Shown here: positions 1-9,486 of the stretch, one piece after another | How the letters are laid out: the number at the start of each line of letters is the position of its first letter | How positions within the stretch are numbered: the stretch's first letter is position 1 | Made by a program: the position numbers and the translations under genes | DNA from: an uncultured bacterium | Lineage (GTDB): Bacteria; Auribacterota; Erginobacteria; Erginobacterales; CAZKCI01 | DNA length: 64,000 bases | Reading direction: 5' to 3' | Assembly: GCA_964584165.1 (NCBI GenBank) | Contig: CAZOYW010000002.1 | Location: 35,488 to 99,487, forward strand | The notes under the pieces: model-generated | Told to the model about the DNA's origin: nothing | Database searches by the model: none | Seen by the model: the letters and a program-made list of their open reading frames with translations, nothing else

Positions 1-633
1 GAGGTCCGCCCCGCCCTCGCCGCGGCCGGGTGGGAGTTCGTCTCGGAGACGCCCACGGCGCTCAAGTTCTCCCGCCCCGGGGCGGGGCGGTTCCGGGCTT
101 TCCTCGAGGTTCACACCGATCTCCAGGCGCCCTCCCGGAGGAACCCCGCCTTCTCGATCCGGATCTCCGATTTCTGGGAGACGAGCCGGGCCGATTCGGT
201 CGCCGGCGTCCCGGTCCGGGCGCTTTCGGCCGAGACCGAGGCCTTCTACCTCGCCGCTCACGCCGGTCACCACGGCTTCTCCCGCCTGATCTGGCTCTAC
301 GACCTCGACCGGATCGCCGCCCGGGGCGAGCTGAGCTGGGAAGGCGCCGCTCTTCTGGCGGTGGCCGCCCGCTCCGCGACACCGGTCTGGCTTGCCCTCT
401 TGCGCACGCGAGAATTCTTCGGGAGCGCGATCCCGGCGGCGGCACTGGAGATGCTGGCGCCCGCGCGCCACCGGAGGATCGTTCTCGAGGGGCTTTTCCC
501 CGCCCGGCGGTTCCTGGAGGGGGAGGCGGAAAGGGAGAGAGGGCTCACCCTTCTCGATCGGTTCGCCCTGAACGACCGGTGGGGAGAGGCGCTGCGGTCG
601 TTTCTCCTCCACTTCCCCGCCCGCCCGGGCTAG
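1..633 (+). CDS. Nucleotidyltransferase-family protein (PF14907/NTP_transf_5-like), C-terminal part; the 5' end lies outside the window
   Basis: Frame 1 is open from base 1 to the TAG at 631-633. The translation ...FYLAAHAGHHGFSRLIWLYDLDRIA... matches the hallmark of the 'uncharacterised nucleotidyltransferase' family that typically sits next to PqqD-like genes. The track's 30..638 ORF is in a different frame and is an artefact. Confidence 0.55.
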   Translation, partial: EVRPALAAAGWEFVSETPTALKFSRPGAGRFRAFLEVHTDLQAPSRRNPAFSIRISDFWETSRADSVAGVPVRALSAETEAFYLAAHAGHHGFSRLIWLYDLDRIAARGELSWEGAALLAVAARSATPVWLALLRTREFFGSAIPAAALEMLAPARHRRIVLEGLFPARRFLEGEAERERGLTLLDRFALNDRWGEALRSFLLHFPARPG

Positions 634-793
634 GTTAAAAGGTCGGGATTGCTCGCCGGCGAGGAGCTTTCAGAATGGTTGACGACGACACTGGAATTAG
701 TTAGTTTGATCGCAGTTCGCGCCTCTGATCAGCCAAGGGGGCGAGCGGCAGTGCGCAAACTAAAGCTCTCCGCCGGAATGCACGGCCTATCCA

Positions 794-910
794 CGTAACC
801 TTACGTAACCTTTTCTGCGTAACCTTACGTAACCTTTTCGACGTAACCTTTCCTGCGTAACCTTACGTAACCTTTTCGACGTAACCTTTCCTACGTAACC
901 TTACGTAACT
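794..910. repeat. About 11 tandem copies of the 10-mer (A)CGTAACCTT, forming four perfect TTACGTAA palindromes, directly upstream of the PqqD start
   Basis: Read directly: cgtaaccttacgtaaccttttctgcgtaaccttacgtaaccttttcgacgtaacctttcctg..., a higher-order ~38-bp unit repeated about 3 times, ending 6 nt before the ATG at 917. Confidence 0.9.
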
Positions 911-916
911 TTTTAT

Positions 917-1213
917 ATGCCCTCCTCTCCGGTCTACCGCCGCTCCCCCGGCGTCGTCTTCCGTTCGATCGCCGGAGAGACGCTCCTCGTCCCCGCCTCC
1001 GGGAAGGCGGCGGCGGTCGGGAGGCTTTTCACACTGAACGAGACCGGAGCCTTCGTCTGGGGGAGGATCGACGGGAAAAGGAGCGCGGAGGCGATCGCCC
1101 GGGAGCTTAGGGCGGAATACCGAGTCGGGGAGGAGGAGGCCCGCGCCGACGTCGCCGAGCTCCTGGAAAGGCTCTGCGCGCTCCGGGCGGTCGAGCGGGC
1201 GGATCGGCCTTAA
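917..1213 (+). CDS. PqqD-family protein (peptide-chaperone / RRE-like)
   Basis: 98 aa. LFTLNETGAFVWGRIDGKRSAEAIARELRAEYRVGEEEARADVAELLERL is the classic PqqD pattern. Its stop overlaps the convergent GT4 stop. Confidence 0.75.
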   Translation: MPSSPVYRRSPGVVFRSIAGETLLVPASGKAAAVGRLFTLNETGAFVWGRIDGKRSAEAIARELRAEYRVGEEEARADVAELLERLCALRAVERADRP

Positions 1214-2358
1214 GGGAGGCGCGCGTAGAGTGAGAGGAGCTCCTTCGCCTTCTCCTCCCAGGTGCAGCGCCGCGCGGTCTCCCGTCCGGTCGCTCCCCGC
1301 TCCGGGAGGGTCCCCTCCCGCACCAGCCGGTTCGTCCGCTCGGCGATCTCCGCCTCGTTCTCCGGATGGTCTAGGAGGAACCCCTCCCTCCCCGGCGTGA
1401 TCAGCTCCGCGGAGCCGACCCGCCGGCTGACGATGACCGGGAGGCCGGCGGCCATCGCCTCCAAGGCGGCGGTCCCGAAGGGATCGAAGCGGGCGGGGAG
1501 GACGAAGAGGTCGGAGGCGAAGAAGAGGTCGCGGGCCTCCCGGTAGACCGGCCCCGCGAAGACGACCCGGCGCTCGATCTTAAGTTCGGCGGCGATCCTC
1601 CGGCACCCCCGCGCCCCCCCCGTCCCTCCCACCGCCAGGAGCTTGACCCGGCCATCGATCGCCGGCAGAGCCCGAAGGAGCGCGGGCAGTCCCTTCCGGG
1701 TGAAGTCGTAGCCGACAAAGAGGGCGACGAGGTCGCTCCCGGAGAAGCCGTAGCGCTCCCTGACCCTCCGCCGCCGGGACTCCCGGTCGGGCGGGTTGTA
1801 GAAGGCGTAATCCACTCCGCCGTGGACGGGGACGACGTCTTCCGGGGGACAAGGGTAATATCTCAGGATCTGGCTCTTCTCGAACTCCGACGCCGGGACG
1901 ATCAGGCGGTAGAGGCGGCCGCGGTAGACGCGGTTCTCCAGATAGCGCACCAGAAGATGCTTGGGGGTCTGCTGGGAGAGGAACCCGGCCCAAGATTCCT
2001 TCGCCCGTCCCTCCATCACCGCCTTCTGGCACATCAGCTGGGAGATCAGGAGGGACTTCGAGGAGGCCAGGCCGTTGTAGAGATGAAGGATCTCGTTCTC
2101 TCCCGCGATTGTTCGGCAGAGGCGTCCGACGCTGATATAGTTGGCGAGGATACGCAGCGGAAAAAAGAAATGCGCCGGCCAATTGCCTCGAGGGAAGAGG
2201 TGATGCATCTCCACGTTCCCGGGGACGACGGGTTCCCAGGAGTTGGCGTAGACGCGGACGCGGTGGGAGGCGGGAATGTTTTTGCAGAGAGACCAGACGG
2301 TGAGTCCGGCGCCGGAAACAGGGCCGAAATGACCGGAGACGATATAGGCGATTCTCAT
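1210..2358 (-). CDS. Glycosyltransferase family 4
   Basis: GT4 motifs (EGLPxxxLEAMAAGLPVIVS). The track ORF is over-extended; the in-frame start MRIAYIVSGHF at 2358 is typical of a GT4 N-terminus. Confidence 0.8.
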   Translation of the reverse strand: MRIAYIVSGHFGPVSGAGLTVWSLCKNIPASHRVRVYANSWEPVVPGNVEMHHLFPRGNWPAHFFFPLRILANYISVGRLCRTIAGENEILHLYNGLASSKSLLISQLMCQKAVMEGRAKESWAGFLSQQTPKHLLVRYLENRVYRGRLYRLIVPASEFEKSQILRYYPCPPEDVVPVHGGVDYAFYNPPDRESRRRRVRERYGFSGSDLVALFVGYDFTRKGLPALLRALPAIDGRVKLLAVGGTGGARGCRRIAAELKIERRVVFAGPVYREARDLFFASDLFVLPARFDPFGTAALEAMAAGLPVIVSRRVGSAELITPGREGFLLDHPENEAEIAERTNRLVREGTLPERGATGRETARRCTWEEKAKELLSLYARLP

Positions 2359-2511
2359 TATAAATCGGGACGGGATAGCAGGGACGCCATTGCGGGGAGC
2401 GAGGCGACGAAGCAATCTCAATCCCCTTCCTAAACGAGAGCGATATAGTATCATAAAAGCGAGAGCGGGAGGCGCGTTCAGGGCGCCTGGCCGTCCTTCC
2501 TGGATAACGGA

Positions 2512-3423
2512 ATGACTCGCAGAGCGCTTGAAAACGGCCGACAACCATCGCCGCTTGCGACCCTAAACGCGGGGGGAGAGATGTCGGGATGCCTCCCAAG
2601 TGAAAGCATGATCGCCCAGTTCCTCTACCGATATAAGCGCCGGACCGAGTATCTGAACTATGGCGGGGATATCATTTACTCCTGGGCGGCCGATTATTCC
2701 CGCGGATCGGATAATCTGAAGATCCTGGACATCGGATTTTCGGAGGGCCGCGACCTCTTGTCCATTAAGGAGCATCTTCCCGGCAAAAAGGTGGAGTTGT
2801 TCGGAGTCGACTGCCGAAATGTTTCCGTCGCCCAAGCGGGAGCAATAGGGATCCGCGCGGTATCCATGAATATCGAGAACGAACCGCTGCCCTTTGCCGA
2901 CGCGCATTTCGACATCGTGGTAGCTAATATGGTTTTGGAGCACACTAAGGAAATTTTTTGGATTTTTTCCGAAATATCGAGAACTTTAAAGAGAAAGGGC
3001 GTCGCTATAATCGGCGTGCCGAACTTGGCCTCATTGCACAACCGCCTGGCTCTCCTCATCGGCCAGCAGCCTCTCTGTATGCGACTGTTCGGATCGCATG
3101 TCAGGGGTTTTACTCAGCCGTCCTTTGCTCATTTCATAAGGCAGGGCGGCTATTTCCGACTCCTCCAAGTCAGGGGGGCCAATTTCTATCCTTTTCCTTC
3201 ATTTATTTCCAAAGTCCTGGCCCGGGCGTTGCCGACGATGGCCGTATCTTTGTTTTTTCTCGTGGAAAGGACGGAAAAATCCGGGCGCTTCATCTCCGTT
3301 CTGGACGATCATGATCTGGGCACCCCTTACTTTATCGGCGATTGGCATCGAGCCAAACCGAGGTGGAAAACGGACTGCCGGCCCGCTTTCTCCAATGAAT
3401 CCTTCCGCCCGCCGCCGCCGTAA
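2512..3423 (+). CDS. Class I SAM-dependent methyltransferase (start uncertain; internal Met codons at 2581 and 2608)
   Basis: ILDIGFSEGRDL ... FDIVVANMVLEH resembles the Methyltransf_11 fold. The gene is divergent from the GT4. Confidence 0.7.
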   Translation: MTRRALENGRQPSPLATLNAGGEMSGCLPSESMIAQFLYRYKRRTEYLNYGGDIIYSWAADYSRGSDNLKILDIGFSEGRDLLSIKEHLPGKKVELFGVDCRNVSVAQAGAIGIRAVSMNIENEPLPFADAHFDIVVANMVLEHTKEIFWIFSEISRTLKRKGVAIIGVPNLASLHNRLALLIGQQPLCMRLFGSHVRGFTQPSFAHFIRQGGYFRLLQVRGANFYPFPSFISKVLARALPTMAVSLFFLVERTEKSGRFISVLDDHDLGTPYFIGDWHRAKPRWKTDCRPAFSNESFRPPPP

Positions 3424-3608
3424 CCCCGGTCCGGTCTTTTGGTCGATCGCCGCCGAGACGGTCGGGGTCCCATCGATCGGATAGACGGTGGCGGACTAAA
3501 GGCTTGCAGGCCATAAGGGGCGTTCTGGCCCCGATCCACTTCCGCTCGGATTGCGGCTGCCCGCCCGTCCCGTGTCCGAAGCTGTTCCGGTGCGGCCGGA
3601 TACGACGC

Positions 3609-4904
3609 ATGAAGAGGTTATCGTATATATCGATCGGGATTCTGCTGGCGGTTTTGGGGGTGGAGCTCGCGGGGAGGCTGATCAACCGGATCGAAAGGAA
3701 ACAATACCGGTCCATCGCCGAGAAGTCGCTCTTCCGCGCCGACCCTCTCCTCGGCTACTCCCTCAAGCCGTCCTTCCGGATCGACTACGGGGAGACGACC
3801 CCGGTCGAGACCGATCGCTGGGGGTGGCGGGACCGGGAATACCCCCGGGAGAAGGGGGCGGGGGTCTTCCGGGTCGTCTGCATCGGAGACTCGCGGGTCT
3901 TCGGGTTGGGCTTGCCGGCGGAGGAAACCTACCCCAAGCAGCTCGAGCGGATTCTGCGGGAAAGGCGGCCCGGACGGGCGGTCGAGGTGATCAACGCCGG
4001 CGTCCCGGGATACACCAGTCGGGAGGGGGCGGTCCTGGTCCGGGAAGTCCTGCCCGCCTTCTCTCCCGACCTGGTCATCGCCTCCTTCGGCCACAACGAC
4101 CGTTGGAAGAGCGCCGACCGGCGGAGCGAGATCGCCGATTTCCTCGGGACCCCCCCCTCCCGCCGCCCCGGCCTGGTCTCGGTGGCGAAGGGGATCGACG
4201 ACCTCCTCGACTCTCTCCCGGGTTACTTCGCCCTCAAGGTCCGTCTGCGCGGTCTCGCCCGCTCCGCCCGTCCCTCCGCCCCGCCGCCGGAGGCGGCCTA
4301 CCGTCCCAACGTCCCGCCCGAGGCCTGGCGCGAAAACCTCCGGGCGATGGCCTCGGCCGCGCGGGAGAAGGGGATGGGGCTGCTCTTCCTGGATTTCTCC
4401 GAGAACCCCGCCGTCTTCGACCTCCCGGAGGCGGGGCGGCGCTGGCTCGAGGCGGGGCGGCTCGACCGGGCCGAGGAGGATCTGAAGCGCGCGGCGGCGA
4501 TCCCGATGAACTTCTCCCCCGCTCCCCACTATTACCTCGGCGTCTTCTACCGGCGGACGGGGCGGGTGAGGGAGGCGGAGGCGGAGTTCCTGACCGCGGA
4601 GCTGGGGGCGCTCGTCTACCCCCGCCCCTTGCGGATGGTGCGCGAGGAGTTCCGCCGCCGGGGGGTCGCTTCCCGCCGGCTCCCCGAGGCCGAGCTCGCG
4701 GCCCTGCCGCCGATCGCGAACCCCTACGGTCTGATCGAGGAATACCAGGCGATCGCGTCCGAGGTCGCCCGGGAGGAGGGGGTCTCCGCGGTCGTCCTGG
4801 GAAAGGAAAGCCTCCGGGAGGAGTTCTTCCTCGACGCCGACCACCCCTCCCCCACCGGCGCCCGCTTTATCGCCGAGCAGGTCTCCCAGTCGGTCGTTTG
4901 GTAG
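3609..4904 (+). CDS. SGNH/GDSL-family hydrolase with an N-terminal membrane anchor (possible polysaccharide O-acetyl esterase/transferase)
   Basis: Start MKRLSYISIGILLAV (TM). VVCIGDSRVFG is a GDS block, GHNDRW is block III, and DADHPSPTG is the DxxH block. A TPR-like insertion lies between blocks. Confidence 0.65.
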   Translation: MKRLSYISIGILLAVLGVELAGRLINRIERKQYRSIAEKSLFRADPLLGYSLKPSFRIDYGETTPVETDRWGWRDREYPREKGAGVFRVVCIGDSRVFGLGLPAEETYPKQLERILRERRPGRAVEVINAGVPGYTSREGAVLVREVLPAFSPDLVIASFGHNDRWKSADRRSEIADFLGTPPSRRPGLVSVAKGIDDLLDSLPGYFALKVRLRGLARSARPSAPPPEAAYRPNVPPEAWRENLRAMASAAREKGMGLLFLDFSENPAVFDLPEAGRRWLEAGRLDRAEEDLKRAAAIPMNFSPAPHYYLGVFYRRTGRVREAEAEFLTAELGALVYPRPLRMVREEFRRRGVASRRLPEAELAALPPIANPYGLIEEYQAIASEVAREEGVSAVVLGKESLREEFFLDADHPSPTGARFIAEQVSQSVVW

Positions 4905-4982
4905 GGGCGAACCTACCTGCCCCGATCTATCGGGGGTGTTCGCCCGCCGGCCCGCCAGGTCCGCGGGCCGTCGCGCGGGTCT

Positions 4983-6527
4983 TTAAGACCCGCGCTTACG
5001 GAAAGCGGGTTCGGTCGACGTCTCGCTTTCCTGCCACGCCACCCCCGGATTGCGGAGGATCCTCCGCCCCTCCCGGGCCTGGCGGGCAATCTCCCGGAGG
5101 TAGGCCTTCTCCTCGCCGGAGAGGACGAGGAACCAGGCCCCTCCGAAGTAGAGGGCTCCGAGAGCGCCGAGGCCGACCGCGAGGGAAGGGGTGGCCCGCT
5201 TGAGGAGAAGGATCGCCCCCCCGACCGCGGCGGAGAAGAGAAGGAGCTTGAGCGGGCTCCTCAGGTCGATCGGGACGCGGAGAGCCTTTTTCAGGATGAG
5301 GAGCATCCCGGCCGTGGTGACCGCGTGGGTGAGGAGCTTGGCCGCCGCCGCCCCGGTCGTTCCCCAGAGGCGGGTGAAGACGAGAAGGGAGGGGACGAGG
5401 ACGGCGACCCCGGCGGCGTAGTTCAGGGAGTTGAGCCGGGTGTAGCCGCACCCGATCAGGAGGGACGAGCCCGGGTTGGTGATCGCGCTGAAGACGAAAG
5501 CCGCGCTCATGATCGCCAGGACGTTGGCCGCCGGAGCGAAGGCGCCGGAGAAAAGGAGGACGACGATCTCCCGGGCGTAGAGGACGAAGAGGAGGGTGAG
5601 GAAGAAGAAGACGAGGGCGTAGAAGGCGATGTTCTTGTTGAGGGCCCGCCCCAGGACCTCCTTCCCGGAGAGGGAGATCTTGGCGTAGGAGGGGACCAGG
5701 ACCTCGGTCAGGGAGAGGGGAAGCCGCCGGGCGGCGGAAAAGACCACCAGCCCCGCGGAGAAGATCCCCATCTCCTCCGGCCCGAAGTAGACGCCGAGGC
5801 TGAAGCGGTCGAACCACTCGACCAGGAAATCCAGCCCGGCGACCAGGAAGAGCGGGGCGGAGAAGAGGAGCGCGCGCTTGAGCTCGCCGCCGTCGAAGCG
5901 GAGAGAGAGAACCCCCTGGCGACGGGCCAGGAGGAGGCCGAGGACCCCCGAGACCAGGTAGCCGGCGACCAGGAGAAGATAGACCGGGAAGAGGTGGGCT
6001 AGGTAGGCGTAGGCGGCGAGGGCCGCCATCGCGATTAGGGAGGAGGCGGAGATGGCGAAAGCGAGGACGTTCCGGAAGAGCCCGAGGAAGAGGGTGGAGG
6101 AGAGGATCGAGTAGGTGCCCAGGAAGAGCGTGGCCCCCAGGAGAAGGGCCCGCCTCCCGTCCACCGGGAGGTGGATGAGCTTCCCGAGGAGAGGGGAGAA
6201 AACGATGGAGGCTAAGGCGATCACGAGGCAGGTCAGGGTGAGGAAGAGGAAGACGGACGAGAAGAGGGCGCGGACCCGGTCCAGGCGCCCGGTCTCCTCG
6301 TACTCGGCGGTGAACTTGAGGACCGCCCGGGGCAGCGAGAAGGCCGCGAAGGTGCCGAAGAGGCTTAAGAACATCATGAACCCGGCGTACTCGCCCATCC
6401 CCTGCGGCCCCCAGACGCGGGCGACCAGGGAGCGCACGCCCATCCCGAGAACGATCGAGACCCCGCTCCCCAGGACGGAGATCATCCCGGCGCGGATGAC
6501 GCGGCGCTTGATCGAGGGGCGTTTCAT
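4983..6527 (-). CDS. Polysaccharide flippase, MOP superfamily (Wzx-like)
   Basis: About 12 predicted TM helices. The internal start MKRPSIKRR at 6527 follows a GGAG-like SD. The track's 706-aa version carries a Pro/Arg-rich artefactual N-extension. Confidence 0.7.
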   Translation of the reverse strand: MKRPSIKRRVIRAGMISVLGSGVSIVLGMGVRSLVARVWGPQGMGEYAGFMMFLSLFGTFAAFSLPRAVLKFTAEYEETGRLDRVRALFSSVFLFLTLTCLVIALASIVFSPLLGKLIHLPVDGRRALLLGATLFLGTYSILSSTLFLGLFRNVLAFAISASSLIAMAALAAYAYLAHLFPVYLLLVAGYLVSGVLGLLLARRQGVLSLRFDGGELKRALLFSAPLFLVAGLDFLVEWFDRFSLGVYFGPEEMGIFSAGLVVFSAARRLPLSLTEVLVPSYAKISLSGKEVLGRALNKNIAFYALVFFFLTLLFVLYAREIVVLLFSGAFAPAANVLAIMSAAFVFSAITNPGSSLLIGCGYTRLNSLNYAAGVAVLVPSLLVFTRLWGTTGAAAAKLLTHAVTTAGMLLILKKALRVPIDLRSPLKLLLFSAAVGGAILLLKRATPSLAVGLGALGALYFGGAWFLVLSGEEKAYLREIARQAREGRRILRNPGVAWQESETSTEPAFRKRGS

Positions 6528-6694
6528 GGGGTTCCGGGCGGGGCGGGAAGAAAGCCGCGGATTACGCGGATTGCGCGGATTAAAAATAGATTCAGAAGAA
6601 GCCGGAGTGAGGGTGCCGGAAGCTTGGTGGCGTGAGCTGGTCGTTCCATAATCCGTGCCAATCCGCGCAATCCGCGGCCATTCTTTCGGGTTGT

Positions 6695-7399
6695 TCAGTC
6701 CCGCCGGGCCAGGACGACCAGGATGTCGCCGAAGCGCCCCCCCCAGGAGAGATGCTGGAAGAGGGCGCCGAGCTTCTTCCCCCCGTAGCTCCCCACCCAG
6801 GGATGGGGGTTGCTGCCGTGGACCGCCCGCTCCACCCGGAAGCCGTGGTCCAGGAGGAGGCTCCGGAGCTTCTCGAGGGAGAAGGCGTGACGGTGGGTGT
6901 CGTCCCAGGCCCGCACCTGCTCCATCCGGTTCAGGCCGAAGCGGGAGCGGTGGTAGCGGCTGAGGAAGGAGTCGCAGACCGGGACGGAGAGGAGGAGGAG
7001 CCCGCGGCTCTTGAGGAGGCCGCGGATCCCGTCCAGCGCCCGGCCGGGATCGTCGACGTGCTCGAGGACCTGGATGAGGAGGACGAGGTCCTTGTCCCCG
7101 CAAGGGGGGAGGTCCTCCAGGGCGGCCCGGCGCGCGTTGAGCCCCCGTTCCCGGCAGCGCTCCACCATCGGGCCGCTCGGGTCCACCCCAACGACGTCGT
7201 TGAAGCGGAGCTCCCGCAGGCGATCGAGGTAGTAGCCGTCCCCGCAGCCCAGGTCCAAGACGGAGAGGGAACGATCCAGCCGCTTGAGGATGCGGTCGAC
7301 GATCCTGCCCGCCAGGCGATGGTGAAGGTAGCGGGACCGCTGGCCGCGGGGGGAGCGCTCCCGGCCGTAGTCGTCCCAGTTGGTCGGTTGCGGGTTCAT
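6695..7399 (-). CDS. Class I SAM-dependent methyltransferase
   Basis: VLDLGCGDGYY ... LLIQVLEHVDDP. Confidence 0.75.
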   Translation of the reverse strand: MNPQPTNWDDYGRERSPRGQRSRYLHHRLAGRIVDRILKRLDRSLSVLDLGCGDGYYLDRLRELRFNDVVGVDPSGPMVERCRERGLNARRAALEDLPPCGDKDLVLLIQVLEHVDDPGRALDGIRGLLKSRGLLLLSVPVCDSFLSRYHRSRFGLNRMEQVRAWDDTHRHAFSLEKLRSLLLDHGFRVERAVHGSNPHPWVGSYGGKKLGALFQHLSWGGRFGDILVVLARRD

Positions 7400-7561
7400 A
7401 GCTAGCCGCCTCCCGGGGCGGCCTTCCGGGCCGAGATGCAGCGATGCCCCCCCCAGAGGAGGTTCAGGGGGTGGGGCAGCGCCTGCAGGCGGGAGGAGGA
7501 GCGGCTGACCGAGACCCGTTCCGCCCTTAATCCGCTCCGCCGCAGGGTCTCCAGCATCGCC

Positions 7562-8332
7562 TCAGCGGGGAGGTCGCTCGTCCCGTTTTTCATAGACGTG
7601 GATCTTCTGGCTGGGGGGCGGGGCGGGGAGGTTCAGCGCCTGGGCAAGGAGGTTCAGCCCATAATAGCACGGGAGGAGGAGGCGGAGAAGCGCGCGGCGC
7701 GTCTTTCCGGCGAGGAAGGCATCCCCGGGGAGAAGGCGGTAGACGGACCGGGAGGAGGAAAGCGCCCAGCCGCGCTCCCGGAATAGGCCGACGACCCTTT
7801 CCTCCGGCCGGAAGCGGACGTGCGCGGGCTCCGGGCGTCCGGGGGGGGAGAAGGACTCCACGATCACGATTTGTCCCCCGGGACGGGCCACGCGGCAGAT
7901 CTCCGAGACCGCCCGCTCGAGGCTCTTCCCGTCCAGGATATGGATAAGGACGGTGACGCTGAAGATCAGGTCGAAGGCGCCGTCCCGGAAGGGGAGGCGG
8001 GATCCGTCGAACTGGGCGGGGAAGAGGCGGCCGTCCCGGACCCGGAACCTCTCCCGGAACCGGACGAGCATCTCGGAGGAGATGTCGACGCCGCAGATCA
8101 GCCCCGCCCGTCCGGCGTATTCATTCTCCCAGCGCCCGACCCCGCAGCCGAAGTCGAGCCAGCGGGCGGCCCGCGCGCGCCCGATCGCCCGGTCGAGCGC
8201 GCGCTTCTGGAGGCGGTGGAGGAGGCGGTTGACCGCTTCCGGCCCGCCGAGGTGGCAGACCGCCTTCCAGCCCTCGGGCGAGGAGCCGTAGCGGCGGGAC
8301 CTCTCCTCCCAGTAGGCGCGGGGATCGATCAT
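7562..8332 (-). CDS. Class I SAM-dependent methyltransferase
   Basis: WLDFGCGVGRW ... GGQIVIVES. The start MIDPRAYWE at 8332 overlaps the upstream stop by ATGA. Confidence 0.7.
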   Translation of the reverse strand: MIDPRAYWEERSRRYGSSPEGWKAVCHLGGPEAVNRLLHRLQKRALDRAIGRARAARWLDFGCGVGRWENEYAGRAGLICGVDISSEMLVRFRERFRVRDGRLFPAQFDGSRLPFRDGAFDLIFSVTVLIHILDGKSLERAVSEICRVARPGGQIVIVESFSPPGRPEPAHVRFRPEERVVGLFRERGWALSSSRSVYRLLPGDAFLAGKTRRALLRLLLPCYYGLNLLAQALNLPAPPPSQKIHVYEKRDERPPR

Positions 8333-9486
8333 CGCCGGGCCTCCCGGTAGAGGGTTTCCAGGCGATCGAGATAAGGCCCGCGGCCGAACCGCACGGAGGC
8401 CTCCCGCCGGGCCGCCTCGCCCAGGCGGCGCCGGAGGGCGGGGTCTCCGATCAGGCGGCGGACCGCTCCGGCGAGGGCCGAGACGGTCTCCGCCTCGGCC
8501 CCGACCTCGACCAGGAGACCGCTCTCTCCGTCCCGGACGGCCGCGCTGAGCCCCCCCACCCGGGAGGCGACCACGGCCTTGCCCGCGGCCATCGCCTCCA
8601 GGCAGGAGATCCCTCCGGCCTCGCGCCGGGAGGGGACGACCACGATGTCGACGGCGCGGAGGTAGGCGGGCACTTTGTCCGAGGCGACAGAGCCTGCGAA
8701 GGCCACCTCCGATCCGATCTCCTGCGCCCGCCGGCGCAGCTCTCCCTCCGCTGCGCCGGTCCCGATGATGAGGTATTTTAAGTCCGCTCCCCCGGCGTGG
8801 AGGCGGCGGGCCATCTCCAGAAAGAGGTCGGCGCCCTTGACCGGATCGAGGCGCCCGAGGAAGGCGACCACCGTTTCCCGCTCCCCCCAGCCCCAGCGCG
8901 CCCGGATATCCCCTCCGCTCCCGTCCGGCCGGAACCGCTCCGCGTCGACGAAGTTGGGAAGGATCTCGATCCTTCCGTCGGGGACGCCGGCCGCCCGGAT
9001 CGCCCCCCGGAGCGTCTCGCCCACCCCGATGACCCTTTCCGCCCGCCGCAGGGTCCAGTCCAGGACCGGGCGGAGCCAGTTGACCTCCCGGTTGAGGAGG
9101 AGGGAACTGCCGTGGCAGGTGATCAGGAGCGGGATCCCGGCGCGGAGGCCGGCCAGGGCCCCCGCCGTTCCCGCGGGATACTCCTGGTGGGCGTGGATCA
9201 GGTCGAAGGGATCGCGGCGGTGGAGGCGCAGCGCCCGCCTGGCCGCCCGCAGGGCGTAGAGCTTGTAGCGGAAACGGTAGACGGGGAGGACGGTGTCCAT
9301 CTCGCGGTAGATCGCGATCCCTGCCCGCTCCTCGCGCTCCGGGAAAGCGCGTCCCTGCCAGTTGCGCCACCCGATCAGGGAGACGCGGTGCCCCCGTCCC
9401 TGAAGCCCCCGGGCGAGCTCCCAGACGTGGCTTTCCAGCCCTCCGGTGACGGGAGGGAGCGTGGAGGCGATGAGGCAGAGGTTCAT
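8329..9486 (-). CDS. Glycosyltransferase family 4
   Basis: MNLCLIAST ... EAGGISCLEAMAAGKAVVASRVGG. ATGA overlaps at both ends indicate translational coupling. Confidence 0.8.
   Translation of the reverse strand: MNLCLIASTLPPVTGGLESHVWELARGLQGRGHRVSLIGWRNWQGRAFPEREERAGIAIYREMDTVLPVYRFRYKLYALRAARRALRLHRRDPFDLIHAHQEYPAGTAGALAGLRAGIPLLITCHGSSLLLNREVNWLRPVLDWTLRRAERVIGVGETLRGAIRAAGVPDGRIEILPNFVDAERFRPDGSGGDIRARWGWGERETVVAFLGRLDPVKGADLFLEMARRLHAGGADLKYLIIGTGAAEGELRRRAQEIGSEVAFAGSVASDKVPAYLRAVDIVVVPSRREAGGISCLEAMAAGKAVVASRVGGLSAAVRDGESGLLVEVGAEAETVSALAGAVRRLIGDPALRRRLGEAARREASVRFGRGPYLDRLETLYREARR

Noticed and set aside
30-638. Track ORF 30..638 (202 aa) as the first gene
   Set aside because: Frame 1, which is open from base 1, gives the coherent nucleotidyltransferase-like sequence. 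The 30..638 frame is a Pro/Arg/Gly-rich artefact.
917-1213. PqqD as evidence for PQQ cofactor biosynthesis
   Set aside because: No pqqA, pqqB, pqqC or pqqE is present. The rSAM at 32750 is only 327 aa and lacks PqqE features and context. PqqD-like RREs are widespread outside PQQ pathways.
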